A DNA stretch of 64,000 bases from an uncultured candidatus Porisulfidus sp. (GTDB lineage: Bacteria > Pseudomonadota > Gammaproteobacteria > Poriferisulfidales > Poriferisulfidaceae), in assembly GCA_965116025.1 (NCBI GenBank), contig OZ220480.1:96001-160000 (forward strand), given 5' to 3'. A program made the position numbers and the translations under genes. The notes beneath the pieces were generated by a model, which made no database searches, had not been told where the DNA came from, and worked only from the letters and a program-made list of their open reading frames with translations. How positions within the stretch are numbered: position 1 is the stretch's first letter; each line of letters starts with the position of its first letter. Positions 43,961-54,399 of this stretch are shown here, piece after piece.

Positions 43961-44116
43961 ATGTCTCGAATGATGCTAATCCTGTACCTGGCGATCCTGT
44001 TCCTGATAAGCGGTTACATCCTGTTCAAACGCCATCGAGACATAGGCATTCTCCTCTATCTTCTCGGAGCGATCACCGTCGGGCTGGCGATTATCGGCTT
44101 CTTGGAAATCGTCTGA
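43961..44116 (+). CDS. Small 51-aa membrane protein (2 predicted TM helices)
   Basis: MSRMMLILYLAILFLISGYILFKRHRDIGILLYLLGAITVGLAIIGFLEIV. Starts 1 nt after the ygfZ stop, with GAGG upstream. Confidence 0.6.
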   Translation: MSRMMLILYLAILFLISGYILFKRHRDIGILLYLLGAITVGLAIIGFLEIV

Positions 44117-44122
44117 CCCGGA

Positions 44123-45622
44123 TCAATTCGCCTCTGGACGCATGTGCGGGAACAGCAACACGTCCCGGATCGACGGCGCGTCGCAGAAAAACATCGCCAG
44201 CCGGTCGATCCCGACCCCGATCCCCGCGGTCGGCGGCATGCCGTGCTCCAAGGCGCGAATGTAGTCGGCATCGTAGCGCATGGCCTCTTGATCGCCCGCG
44301 TCCAGCCTTTCCACCTGCGCCCGAAACCGCTCCGCCTGATCCTGTGGATCGTTCAGCTCGGAAAATCCATTCGCAAGCTCCCGCCCGGCCACGAATAGCT
44401 CGAAGCGGTCGACCAAGCTGGAGTCATGGTCGCAACACCGCGCCAGCGGCGAGACCTCCAACGGATATTCGGTCACGAACGTAGGCTGTTCCAGCCGCTC
44501 CTCCACCGATGCCTCGAACAGATCGAAAAGCAGTCCGCCCGCGCCTCGGTTTCGGTCCACGTCCACCCCATTGTCCCTGCACAGCCCCGCCAGCAACTCC
44601 CGGTTCGACAGGTCAGCGCACGCCAAGCTTGGGTGACGCTCCAGCACCGCCTCGGCCATCGTCACTCTTCGGAAGGGCTTTCGCAGGTCGTATTCCCGCC
44701 CCTGAAAAGATACCATCTCGTCTCCCAGCACGACCCGCGCCGTCTCCCGCATCAACTCTTCCGCGAGGTCCATCAGATCCCGGTAGTCCGCGAACGCCTG
44801 GTACAGCTCCATCATGGTGAACTCCGGGTTGTGCCGCGACGACACTCCCTCGTTTCGGAAACTGCGGTTGATCTCGAACACCTTCTCGAAGCCGCCGACC
44901 ACCAGGCGCTTGAGATACAGCTCCGGCGCGACGCGCAGGTACAGGTCTTGGTCCAGCGCGTTGTGGTGGGTTACGAAAGGCCGTGCCGCCGCGCCACCCG
45001 CGATCGGATGCATCATGGGCGTCTCGACCTCCAAGAATCCTTTTCGCTCCAGTTGCCGCCGCAGGCAGTCCAGCATCCGGCCGCGCCGCAGAAACGCGTC
45101 CCGAGCGTCTTGGTTCATGATGAGATCCACGTAACGTTGCCGATAGCGTCGCTCAATGTCCGTCAGTCCATGGTATTTCTCGGGAAGCGGCCGCAGGGAC
45201 TTGCTCAGTAGCCGCAACTCCCGGGCATCGACCGACAGTTCCCCGGTGCGGGTCTTCATCAGGGCGCCGCGCGCGGCGATGATGTCGCCGATGTCCCACG
45301 TCTTGAATTCGGCGTACCCGTCCTCGCCCAGCTCGTCGCGGCGAACCAACAGCTGAATCCGTCCGGTCTGGTCCTGCATGTGCGCGAACGCGGACTTGCC
45401 CATAACTCGGCGGCTCATCAGCCGCCCGCCCAAGGCCACGTCCACCCGTTCGCTCGCCAGCTCCTCCGCCAACCGCTCGCCATGCGCCTCGCGCAACTCT
45501 CGCGCCGCGCTCGTGGGGCGAAAGTCGTTTGGATAGGCCCAGCCGGACTCCCGTAGCTCCCGTAACTTCTCCCGCCGCCGCGCGAGCAACCGCTCCTCGC
45601 CGGTTTTCATCTTGGCTATCAC
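44123..45622 (-). CDS. lysS: Lysine--tRNA ligase
   Basis: [30 protein letters not shown]...[21 protein letters not shown]. Confidence 0.98.
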   Translation of the reverse strand: MIAKMKTGEERLLARRREKLRELRESGWAYPNDFRPTSAARELREAHGERLAEELASERVDVALGGRLMSRRVMGKSAFAHMQDQTGRIQLLVRRDELGEDGYAEFKTWDIGDIIAARGALMKTRTGELSVDARELRLLSKSLRPLPEKYHGLTDIERRYRQRYVDLIMNQDARDAFLRRGRMLDCLRRQLERKGFLEVETPMMHPIAGGAAARPFVTHHNALDQDLYLRVAPELYLKRLVVGGFEKVFEINRSFRNEGVSSRHNPEFTMMELYQAFADYRDLMDLAEELMRETARVVLGDEMVSFQGREYDLRKPFRRVTMAEAVLERHPSLACADLSNRELLAGLCRDNGVDVDRNRGAGGLLFDLFEASVEERLEQPTFVTEYPLEVSPLARCCDHDSSLVDRFELFVAGRELANGFSELNDPQDQAERFRAQVERLDAGDQEAMRYDADYIRALEHGMPPTAGIGVGIDRLAMFFCDAPSIRDVLLFPHMRPEAN

Positions 45623-46714
45623 AGCCCCGCCTTGAGGCTCGCCTCGAGGAAAGCGTCCAGATCTCCGTCCAGCACGGTCTGCGGCGCTCCCGTCTCGACC
45701 TGAGTTCGCAAGTCCTTGATTCGCGACTGGTCCAGAACGTAGGACCGAATCTGGCTGCCCCAGCCGATATCCGCTTTCTCTCCGGCGCTTTCCCGCTCGG
45801 CCTCGCGCCGCTTTCGCTCCTCAATTTGGTAGAGCTTAGCCCGCAACTGCCGCATCGCCATCTCCTTGTTCTTGTGTTGCGAGCGACTATTCTGGCACTG
45901 CGTGACCACGCCGCTTGGCAGGTGCGTCAGCCGCACCGCCGATTCGGTCTTGTTAACGTGCTGCCCTCCCGCCCCACTGGCCCGGTACACGTCGATCCGA
46001 AGGTCGCTGGGGTCGATCTCGATCTCGATCTCGTCGCTGACCACCGGGGAGGCGATCACCGAGGCGAACGAGGTATGTCGCCGGTTTCCGGAATCGAACG
46101 GCGACTTGCGCACCAGCCGGTGCACCCCGGTCTCCGTCCGCAACCAGCCATAGCAATAATCGCCGGCGTACTTGACGGTCGCGCTTTTGATCCCCGCCAC
46201 TTCGCCCGCCGACGCGGCGATCAGCTCGGTGCCGAAGCCGCGCTTCTCTCCCCATCGAAGATACATGCGCAACAGCATCTCGGCCCAATCCTGCGCCTCG
46301 GTGCCGCCGGACCCGGCTTGGATATCGAGAAAGGCATCGCCCGCGTCAAAGCGCCCGGAAAACATGCGGCGGAACTCCAGATCGCGCGTCCGCTTCGCGC
46401 ACTCCCGGACATCATCCGCCAAAGCATCCAGCGCCTCCTCATCCTTTTCTTCCAGCGCTAGCTCCAGCAAGTCGCCGGCGTCGCGCAGGGAATCGCCGAG
46501 ATCGTCCAGCGTCCCGACGACGGACTCCAGTCGAGCCCGCGTCTGTCCCAAGTCGCGCGCTTGGCCCGGGTCCTTCCAGACTTCAGGGCTTTCCAGGCGT
46601 TTTCTTATCTCGTCCAGCTGACGGCGCTTACCGTCGATGTCAAAGATACCCCCTGAGCGCGTCCACCCGCTGTGTCAGGTCGCGCAACTGTTCCGGCAGT
46701 GAGATCTCTTCCAT
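45619..46714 (-). CDS. prfB: Peptide chain release factor 2 (programmed +1 frameshift)
   Basis: ATG 46714 gives [24 protein letters not shown], then CTT-TGA-C. The second frame carries the SPF and GGQ motifs. Confidence 0.97.
46639..46654 (-). promoter_or_regulatory. prfB autoregulatory +1 frameshift site
   Basis: AGGGGG-TAT-CTT-TGA-C, the canonical internal Shine-Dalgarno plus slippery stop. Confidence 0.96.
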
Positions 46715-46738
46715 GGTCGGGGCCTCGCAGGCGGCGAA

Positions 46739-48001
46739 TTATACGCGGATCTGGCCGTCTCCGTACACTACGTACTTCTGGCTGGTCAGTCCCTCCAGCC
46801 CCACCGGCCCCCGCGCGTGCAGCTTGTCCGTGCTGATCCCGATCTCCGCGCCCAATCCGTATTCGAAGCCGTCCGCGAACCGGGTCGAGGCGTTGACCAT
46901 CACCGAGCTGGAATCCACCTCGCGCAGGAATCTCTGGGCCCGCTCCTCGTCCTCGGTGATGATCGCGTCCGTATGGCTCGACCCGTGCTTCGCGATGTGC
47001 TCCATGGCCTCGTCCAGGCCAGCGACCACGCGCGCCGACAAGATCGGCGACAGGTATTCCTCGCTCCAGTCCTCCTCGACCGCGGGCACGGCCCCCTCCA
47101 GCAACGCGCAGGTTCGCGGGCAACCGCGGACCTCCACGCCATGCTCGGCATAGGCCGCGCCTAGAACCGGCAACAGCTCCTCCGCGCGGGACTCCGCCAC
47201 CAGCAAGGTCTCCATCGCGTTGCATACCCCGTAGCGCTGGGTCTTGGCGTTGACGGCGATCCGGATAGCCCGTTCCGAGTCGGCCGCGTCGTCAATATAC
47301 ACGTGGCACACCCCGTGCAGGTGCTTGAGGACCGGAATGCGCGTCCGGTCACGGACCCGCTTGATCAGCTCCGTGCCGCCCCGAGGGATGATCAGGTCCA
47401 CCCACTCGTCCATCTCGAGCAACGCGTCGATCGCGGCACGGTCGGTGGTCGGCAACAGCTGCGCGCCGTCCGCGGGCAGCGAGACCCGTCGCAACCCCTC
47501 CCGCAAACACTCGATCAGGGCCTGATTGGAGCGCCGCGACTCCGATCCGCCGCGCAGAATGACCGCGTTGCCAGATTTCACGCACAGCCCCCCCGCTTCC
47601 ACGGTGACGCCGGGGCGGGCCTCGTAGATCATCCCGATGACCCCGATCGGGACGCGCATCCGGCCGATTTTCAGGCCATTGGGCTGGCGCCGCATATCCG
47701 AGACCCGGCCCAGAAGATCCGGCAACTCGGCGATATGCTCCAACTCCACCGCCAACGCCTCCAGCCGCGGTCCGTCCAGAGCCAAGCGATCCAAAAACGC
47801 CTCGTTCCGACGCTCCCGCGCCTCGTCGACATCCGTGGCGTTAGCCTCGAGAATCGCGTCCGCGCGCTCCCGCAGCAAGCGGGCCGTGCCCCGCAAAGCG
47901 TCATCGCGCGCCGCTCTGTCGGAGGACGCGATCATCCGTCCGGCCGCGCGCGCCGCTGGACCCAGCGCGGCCACTCGAGCGTCCATGCTCTTAGCGGACA
48001 C
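46739..48001 (-). CDS. proA: Gamma-glutamyl phosphate reductase
   Basis: VPIGVIGMIYEARP, GNAVILRGGSE, CNAMETLLV, NASTRFADG, ISTDKLHARGPVGL. Confidence 0.97.
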   Translation of the reverse strand: MSAKSMDARVAALGPAARAAGRMIASSDRAARDDALRGTARLLRERADAILEANATDVDEARERRNEAFLDRLALDGPRLEALAVELEHIAELPDLLGRVSDMRRQPNGLKIGRMRVPIGVIGMIYEARPGVTVEAGGLCVKSGNAVILRGGSESRRSNQALIECLREGLRRVSLPADGAQLLPTTDRAAIDALLEMDEWVDLIIPRGGTELIKRVRDRTRIPVLKHLHGVCHVYIDDAADSERAIRIAVNAKTQRYGVCNAMETLLVAESRAEELLPVLGAAYAEHGVEVRGCPRTCALLEGAVPAVEEDWSEEYLSPILSARVVAGLDEAMEHIAKHGSSHTDAIITEDEERAQRFLREVDSSSVMVNASTRFADGFEYGLGAEIGISTDKLHARGPVGLEGLTSQKYVVYGDGQIRV

Positions 48002-49010
48002 GCTCGGAAATCCCCCGCACGGGCAGCAATCGGTCTTTTCTCGAGAACGCCAGGCAGGCGTTCTGGATGGCGGCCCACGGGTTCTCCGATCCCAGGCCCT
48101 TGACCACCCGCTCCAGCTGGATGAAACGTCTCAGCATCGCCCGAAAATGCTCGCGGGGATACTGCGCCAAAGCCCTCTTCAGAGCATCGCGGCGGGCAAA
48201 TGGAAAGACCGACTCCAGACCGGACGGCTCTCGGCTCAGAGCGAGCGCCTGCCGCGCCTCGCGCAGCAACGTGGCGTGCGTCGCGACCGGGTCACGCCCC
48301 TCGCTCTCGAGATTCCGCGCCACACTGACGACGCGCCGCCCCCGACCCTGCAGCATGGCCAAGGCGAGGTCCATCGGCTCGTAGCGGGAATCTTGCCCCA
48401 TCAACCGCCGCAACGACTCCAGCGGAACCGGCCCCGGACCGTTCAGAATGCGCAACTTCCGCAACTCTTGCTCGGCCGCCAGCAGGTTGCCTTCCGCGCG
48501 CGACAAGAAATACTCCACCTCGACCGTGCCCAGTTCCAGCTCGAATCTCCGCAAGGCCGCCCCCAGCCACTGTCGCGTCTCTCTCTCGTCCAACGGCATG
48601 ATCCGCACGATCAGCCCGATCTTGTCGATAGCGCGCGCCCAGGCCTCGCCCAAGGCCCGGTTGTCGAGCCGGGGCGTCTGCAGGGTGACCAGACTCCCCT
48701 CCGGGGGCCGCGCGCACCATTCCTTGAGCCGGGACTTCGCCGTCGCGTCCAGCTTGCCGCTGAGCAGACGCAAATCCAGCATCGCCTGGTCGCCGAACAG
48801 GGATGGGCCGCACAGCGTGAACAGCTCCTCCCAAGCGAAGCCTCGCTCGACGATGCGCAACTCGCGCCGGTCGAAGCCTTCCCGCTTCGCCCGCGCGCGG
48901 ATCATCCGCGCCGCGTCCCGCATGTGCACGGGCTCGTCCCCGGTGATCAAGTACACCGGGCGAAGCGGGCCGCTCAGGGCCTCGCGGAGCTTCCGAAAAT
49001 AGGTTTTCAC
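47991..49010 (-). CDS. holA: DNA polymerase III subunit delta
   Basis: LRPVYLITGDEP, SLFGD, EGNLLAAEQELRKL, VVKG. Start probably GTG near 49010. Confidence 0.9.
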   Translation of the reverse strand: MKTYFRKLREALSGPLRPVYLITGDEPVHMRDAARMIRARAKREGFDRRELRIVERGFAWEELFTLCGPSLFGDQAMLDLRLLSGKLDATAKSRLKEWCARPPEGSLVTLQTPRLDNRALGEAWARAIDKIGLIVRIMPLDERETRQWLGAALRRFELELGTVEVEYFLSRAEGNLLAAEQELRKLRILNGPGPVPLESLRRLMGQDSRYEPMDLALAMLQGRGRRVVSVARNLESEGRDPVATHATLLREARQALALSREPSGLESVFPFARRDALKRALAQYPREHFRAMLRRFIQLERVVKGLGSENPWAAIQNACLAFSRKDRLLPVRGISERVR

Positions 49011-49259
49011 GACGCGTCCATGATGCGCTCGTATTGTAACGGCCACGAGCGAAACCGATCGGATTTGGCATCGACGCGCGCGAGCGGGAAGAGCGGGCCC
49101 GCCACGAACATCGGTCGCAGCCAGCGAAAGAGACGCTCCAACTCAATGATCGCGCCTCGAAAGGCTTCCCGCGCCCGGGACGGCGTCAAGCGTAAAATGA
49201 AGATCGCTCGCCCAAGGCGACAATGATCGATTCCCATGAATCTCGACGAGGATTAGCGC

Positions 49260-50462
49260 GTGGCCGAACCGAACTGGAAGTCCAGAACTATCTGGACGGG
49301 CGACAACCTCGATATCATGCGGGGCATGAACTCCAATACGGTCGACTTGATCTACTTGGACCCCCCGTTTAATTCCAAACACGATTACGCCACGCCTATT
49401 GGAAGCAAAGCGGCAGGGGCCGCGTTCAAAGACACCTGGACATTGCGGGACGTGGACATCGCTTGGCTCGACCTGGTGGAAGCGAAACACTCAAAACTGC
49501 ACCGCGTCATTCTCGCGGCCATGAGCCAATCGGACAAGTCGTACTTGATCTATATGGCGGTACGACTGCTAGAAATGCGCCGAATCCTGAAACTGGAGGG
49601 ATCGGTCTATCTCCATTGCGACCCGACCATGAGCCACCACCTGAAACTGATGATGGACGCGATTTTCGGAAGGAAATATTTCCGCAACGAGGTGATCTGG
49701 CATTACCGAAAATGGTCTTCAGGGAAATACCAATTTCAGCGCAATCACGACATCGTTCTCTTTTACGGGAAAGAAGGAAAAGAGCGGCCTTTCAACCAAC
49801 TCTATATGCGCCGGGCGGAGTCCACGCGAAAACGGTTTGGGACCGGAAAGATCGTTTCTGGACATGACGAATATGGCAAGCGCGTTCCGTCCACGACGAA
49901 GGGCGAATCCATCGGGGTCAGGCAGGATGACGTGTGGCTGATCAAGCGCGTGCCACCGGTGAAGCAGATTTATCCGACCCAAAAACCTCTCGCGTTGCCA
50001 GAACGTATCGTCAAGGCGTCAAGTGATCCCGATGACGTGGTACTGGACCCCTTCTGCGGATGCGCGACCACGCTGGTCGCGGCGGACGATTCGCGACGGA
50101 AATGGGTGGGCATCGACATATCGGAGAAAGCGGCGGAACTGGTAGTGCGCCGCGTCGAGGAGCGACAAGGATTGTTCCGCGATATCACGCACCGCACCGA
50201 CATTCCCCAACGAACGGATATTGGCGATCTGCCGCCATACAACAGCGCGACGAACAAGCGAAAGCTTTATAGGGAACAGGAAGGAAACTGCGCGGGTTGC
50301 GGCACGCATTTCGAGGCCCGGCATCTGGAGATCGACCATATCATCGCGCGCGGGAAAGGCGGAACCGACCATCTCGACAACCTGCAATTGCTTTGCGGCT
50401 CCTGCAACAAAATCAAGGGTGATCGAGGCATGGAGTACCTGCTCGCCAAACTGCAACTATAG
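49260..50462 (+). CDS. Beta-class N6/N4 DNA methyltransferase fused to a C-terminal HNH endonuclease domain
   Basis: Motif IV IYLDPPFNS, YPTQKP, motif I LDPFCGCATT, then CAGC...EIDHIIARGKGGTDHLDNLQLLCGSCNKIKG. Confidence 0.9.
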   Translation: MAEPNWKSRTIWTGDNLDIMRGMNSNTVDLIYLDPPFNSKHDYATPIGSKAAGAAFKDTWTLRDVDIAWLDLVEAKHSKLHRVILAAMSQSDKSYLIYMAVRLLEMRRILKLEGSVYLHCDPTMSHHLKLMMDAIFGRKYFRNEVIWHYRKWSSGKYQFQRNHDIVLFYGKEGKERPFNQLYMRRAESTRKRFGTGKIVSGHDEYGKRVPSTTKGESIGVRQDDVWLIKRVPPVKQIYPTQKPLALPERIVKASSDPDDVVLDPFCGCATTLVAADDSRRKWVGIDISEKAAELVVRRVEERQGLFRDITHRTDIPQRTDIGDLPPYNSATNKRKLYREQEGNCAGCGTHFEARHLEIDHIIARGKGGTDHLDNLQLLCGSCNKIKGDRGMEYLLAKLQL

Positions 50463-50489
50463 ACGGTCGCTCCAGAACCCACCCAGCGT

Positions 50490-51452
50490 ATGGCCTCAAA
50501 TCTCTCCATCGGATGGATCGGCCCCGGCATCATGGGCCGGCCGATGGCCCTCAATCTGCTACGCGCCGGCCACCCCGTCATGGCGTTCGCGCGCCGACCC
50601 AAACAGCTGGCTCCCTTAGTCGAGGCCGGAGCCACAACTGGAGACAGCCCGGCCGAAGTCAGCTCGGACACCGACCTGACCATCGTCATGGTGGCGGACA
50701 CCCCGGACATGCTGGAAGTCGTCACCGGAAAGCATGGCATCGCCGAAGGAGCCCGACCCGGGCATGTCGTGATCGACATGAGCACCGTCTCGCCAACCGA
50801 AACCCGGGCAGTAGCCCGGAAGCTGGAAGCGAACGGCGTCGCCATGCTGGACGCTCCGGTATCCGGCGGCGAGGCCGGGGCGATAGACGGCGCGCTGTCG
50901 ATCATGGTCGGCGGGCCGGAAGAGGTCTTCAAGCGCGTCCGCCCGGTTCTCGAGATCCTCGGAAAACAAGTGCACCGAATCGGGGACGCAGGTGCTGGAC
51001 AGGTGGCCAAAGCATGCAACCAGCTGCTCGTCGCGCAAACGATGACGGCGGTGGCGGAGGCATTCCTGCTCGCGGAAGCGAGCGGCGTGAGCCGCGAGCG
51101 GACGCGCGAGGCACTGCTCGGAGGCTTCGCCTACAGCCGCGTCTTGGAAGTTCACGGACAACGCATGCTGACCGAAGACTACCGACCCGGTTTCAAGGCC
51201 GAGTTGCACCTCAAGGACCTCAAGATCGTGGAGCGGGAAGCTCGGGAAGCAGGCCTCTCATTGCCCGGAGCGACCGACGCGTCGCGCCTGATGGAGCGGC
51301 TGGTCGCGCACGGCGATGGCGGGCTGGATTCCGCGGCGCTGGCGAAAATGGTTCACCAGCGCTCCCGGAAAACACCTGAATCCAAGCCAAAACCCACCTT
51401 ATCGGACAGAAAGCCGAAAGCGTGCGGGCTGGCTTCAGGAGCCCGAAGTTGA
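50490..51452 (+). CDS. 2-hydroxy-3-oxopropionate reductase / beta-hydroxyacid dehydrogenase (GarR/GlxR family)
   Basis: IGWIGPGIMGRPMA, IDMSTVSP, LDAPVSGG, GAGQVAKACNQ, PGFKAELHLKDL. Confidence 0.9.
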   Translation: MASNLSIGWIGPGIMGRPMALNLLRAGHPVMAFARRPKQLAPLVEAGATTGDSPAEVSSDTDLTIVMVADTPDMLEVVTGKHGIAEGARPGHVVIDMSTVSPTETRAVARKLEANGVAMLDAPVSGGEAGAIDGALSIMVGGPEEVFKRVRPVLEILGKQVHRIGDAGAGQVAKACNQLLVAQTMTAVAEAFLLAEASGVSRERTREALLGGFAYSRVLEVHGQRMLTEDYRPGFKAELHLKDLKIVEREAREAGLSLPGATDASRLMERLVAHGDGGLDSAALAKMVHQRSRKTPESKPKPTLSDRKPKACGLASGARS

Positions 51453-51476
51453 CATCGCGGGCGGATGCGACAGAAT
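51449..51476 (+). promoter_or_regulatory. Possible sigma70 promoter
   Basis: TTGACA-N16-CAGAAT upstream of the ORF at 51554. Confidence 0.35.
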
Positions 51477-51553
51477 GAGCGCGTCATGCCAAAGTGGCCG
51501 GATTCGCTCCAAGATCCGCTGGTGCCACATCCCCCGAGGGTGGTTCGAGAAAC

Positions 51554-51916
51554 ATGACTGAACTAAGTTTCGATCAGAAGCTACGCAAGGCAATAGACGA
51601 AGGTGCGGAAATCTCTGGTGGGGCTATCGGAGGTGCGCTTGGCGTGATCTCTGGAGACCCTGCGCTAATGGCGACATTGGGGGCAACTGGTGTCGCAGCA
51701 GGAAGCGCATTGCGGCGAATAGGCCACGAAATCGTCAATCGCATGTTGGGGCCAAGGGAACAAAAGCGGATCGGAGCTGTAGTGGCGATTATCGCCAAAG
51801 ACATTTACGCCCGAATGCAACGCGGTGAAAAAGTCAGGCGTGACGGCTTTTTCAATCAAGATCCAAACAGCAGAAGCGAAGCGGAAGAAGTCGCGGAGAG
51901 CATTTTCTTGAAATGC
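51554..51916 (+). pseudogene. Hypothetical protein truncated by IS30
   Basis: MTELSFDQKLRK...AEEVAESIFLKC runs directly into the IS inverted repeat. Confidence 0.7.
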
Positions 51917-53247
51917 CCAGTTTCAACTTTCAAGTGCAACAGCATTGTAACCCGGTGGAGAGCGGCGAGAGCGGCAGGATGACGAAGAGGATCGGGGGAA
52001 GGCGGCGAGGGTCGGTCGCCGGACGGGAAGAACGGCAGGATGGTGAAGAGGGTCGGGGGAAGCTGGCGACAGTCGGCCGCGTTCCGTCCGGGGAAGGTCG
52101 GCCTCCCCCGGACGAATCATCGCCGCGCCAACCTGCCCCCTCGGATTTACAAAAGCCGGGACATCTCCTCTCGCCAGGCACGAACCACCTCCGACTCCGC
52201 TCCGAAAAACGCCTCGTTCGGCGCGCGCCATCCCAAGCGGCGCCGAGGCCGATTGTTCAGGCTGTCCTCCACCGCCCGCGCCTCCTCCTCCGAGATCGTG
52301 TCGAACCGCCGCGACTTCGGGAAATACTACCGGATCAGCCCGTTCGCGTTCTCGTCGCTCCCACGCTGCCAAGAGGAATACGGATCCGCGAAATGAAACT
52401 CCGCGCCCAGGAGGCGCGCCACCCGCCGGTGATCCGCGAACTCGGTTCCATTGTCCGAGGTCACGGTCAGAACCCGGTCCTTCAACGGCGCCAGCATGCC
52501 GATGATCGCGTCCGCCACCGCGCGCGCCGAGCGCCGGGGCAACCGCTTGAAACGCACCAGCCGCGACTTGCGCTCGAGCAGCGACGCCAGAACCCCGCTG
52601 CCACGCCGTCCGATCACCGTGTCCGCTTCCCAGTCTCCCAGCCGCGAGCGCGTCTCCACCACCTCCGGACGCTCCTGGATCGGCACCCGCCCCGGAATGC
52701 GCGACCGGCCCTTCCCGCGCCCATACCGCCGGCGTCGGCGGTGGCCTTGCCGCAAATGCAGATACAGGTCGCCGCCCCGCCGCCGATCCGCCCATACCCA
52801 ACGGTAGATGAGCTCGTGGCTCACCTTCCCCAAGCCCTCCTTGTCCAGCCACGCGCTGATCCGCTGCGGGCTCCAGCCCTGCTTCAGCAGCTTCTTGACC
52901 CGCCTCCACACCGTCGGCGAGACCCGCCGCCGAGCTCGCTTCTGGCGGCGCTCTTTCGCCTTTCGGCACGCCAGCTCGGCCCGGTATCGTCCGCTCCGAG
53001 CGTCGGCGTTCCGCTTCAGCTCGCGGCACGCCGTGCCGCGGTCGACGCCGATCCTTCGCGCCACCTCCGCCTGGCTCATGTCGAGGCCCCGCAGCGCCTC
53101 GATCTGGTAACGTTGGGTCTCGGTGAGTTGCGTGTAACTTCTCATAAGCGCCTCTCTCGGGGGCGGTTTTTGACAATGAGACCTTACCGCGACTCATCGC
53201 CTACACCGCCATTCTTCGGAGTGTTGCGCTTGAAAGTTGAAACTGGG
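51916..53247 (-). mobile_element. IS30-family insertion sequence
   Basis: 26-bp terminal inverted repeats CCCAGTTTCAACTTTCAAG(T/C)GCAACA at 51916-51941 and 53222-53247. Confidence 0.92.
52147..53145 (-). pseudogene. IS30 transposase with an internal TAG stop
   Basis: HTH N-terminus (YTQLT...RELKRN) and DDE motifs GDWEADT, TSDNGTEF, QRGSDENANGLIR. TAG at 52327-52329 is followed in frame by YFPK...LNNRPRRRLG. Confidence 0.88.
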
Positions 53248-54068
53248 GGCTGGTAGCAAAAATTCTGGACATGGCCTGCGGCAAGGAATCGATCATTCTC
53301 GATTCATTCGCCGGTTCCGGAACGACCGGGCATGCGGTTCTCATGGCCAACAAAAAGGACGGCGGGCGCCGCCGCTTCATTCTGGTCGAGCTTGAGGAGT
53401 ACGCGGATCAGGTGACGGCCGAGCGCATACGTCGCGCCATTGGCGGCTACGACTTCACCGGCGCTCAGCGCGTGGAGTTGATGCGCGAGAAACTGACCTG
53501 GTCCGCGCTTCGAAGCCCCAAAAAATGGGCGGACACCATCGCCGCCACCGAGAATCTCCAAAGCCTCCACGGCCACGAATACGACGCGATCCGGAAAACG
53601 TTCAAGAACGGGACGCTCGTCGTTACGGGCGAGAAAAAGGCGGACCGCCGCGCTGATGGCCTGGGCGGGGAATTCACCTTCTGCACCTTGGGCGAACCGC
53701 TTGATGCCGATGGAGTGCTGACGGGAAAGACGCTCCCTCAATACGAGGCCCTCGCCGGCTTTCTCTTCCACATGGCGACTGGCCAGTCTCTGGATCTCTC
53801 TTCCGTGCGCGAAGAGGATTTCTACCTCGGAGAGACCGACGCGCGACATGTCTGGATGGTCTACAAGCCCGACCTCGAATGGCTGAAATCGCCAGAATCC
53901 GCCCTGACCTTGACTCGCGCGCGGCGGTGCGCGGCAGCGGACCCGAAGAAAGAGCATCTCGTCCTCGCGTCGGCCCGCTATGTGGGCCGGGAAGTGCTGG
54001 CCGAGGAGAATCTCCCCGTCGAGTTCGTATCCCTTCCGTTCACCCTCTATCGAGCCGGTGGCGGTTGA
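53248..54068 (+). pseudogene. Type III RM Mod subunit, C-terminal remnant
   Basis: IILDSFAGSGTTGHAVL...DGGRRRFILVE...AERIRRAI. The N-terminal DPPY half is missing and replaced by the IS. Confidence 0.82.
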
Positions 54069-54071
54069 TCC

Positions 54072-54340
54072 GTGTTTCGTCAGCTGGACTACCAAAAGTG
54101 CGCGCTCGACACGTTCGCGACCTATATCGACGAGCTGAAGGACGCGCGGCGCAACGCGGAAGGCGTCGCCACGCTGATCAAGAGAAACCCGGAGCTGAGA
54201 CTGCAAGCTCCAGATTTCCTGGTGGAAGCCTGGGAAGCAATGCGCGACAAAAACCTGCTCCCCGCCTCGCGTCACGCCATCCCTTTTTCCCCGCGTCTTG
54301 ATGGATGCGGCCGCTCGGTCCCGAACGCGGTCCTCAAGAG
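54072..54340 (+). pseudogene. Type III RM Res subunit, N-terminal fragment
   Basis: MFRQLDYQ...DGCGRSVPNAVLK breaks off where the Walker A motif would be expected. It directly follows mod. Confidence 0.72.
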
Positions 54341-54399
54341 CCCAGAAATCGGGAGAATATGTGAATTCGGCAAACTCAGTGGCTTCGAACATCCACTCG

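Noticed and set aside
46639-46654. Frameshift in prfB as a novelty or sequencing error
   Set aside because: It is the well-known RF2 autoregulatory frameshift.
47637-49226. 529-aa plus-strand ORF, and similar long antisense ORFs over dxs, metY, lysS and prfB
   Set aside because: They overlap well-supported housekeeping genes on the opposite strand, which is expected at high GC.
51913-53256. 447-aa plus-strand and 424-aa minus-strand ORFs across the IS30
   Set aside because: Alternative-frame shadows of the GC-rich transposase gene with no recognisable motifs.
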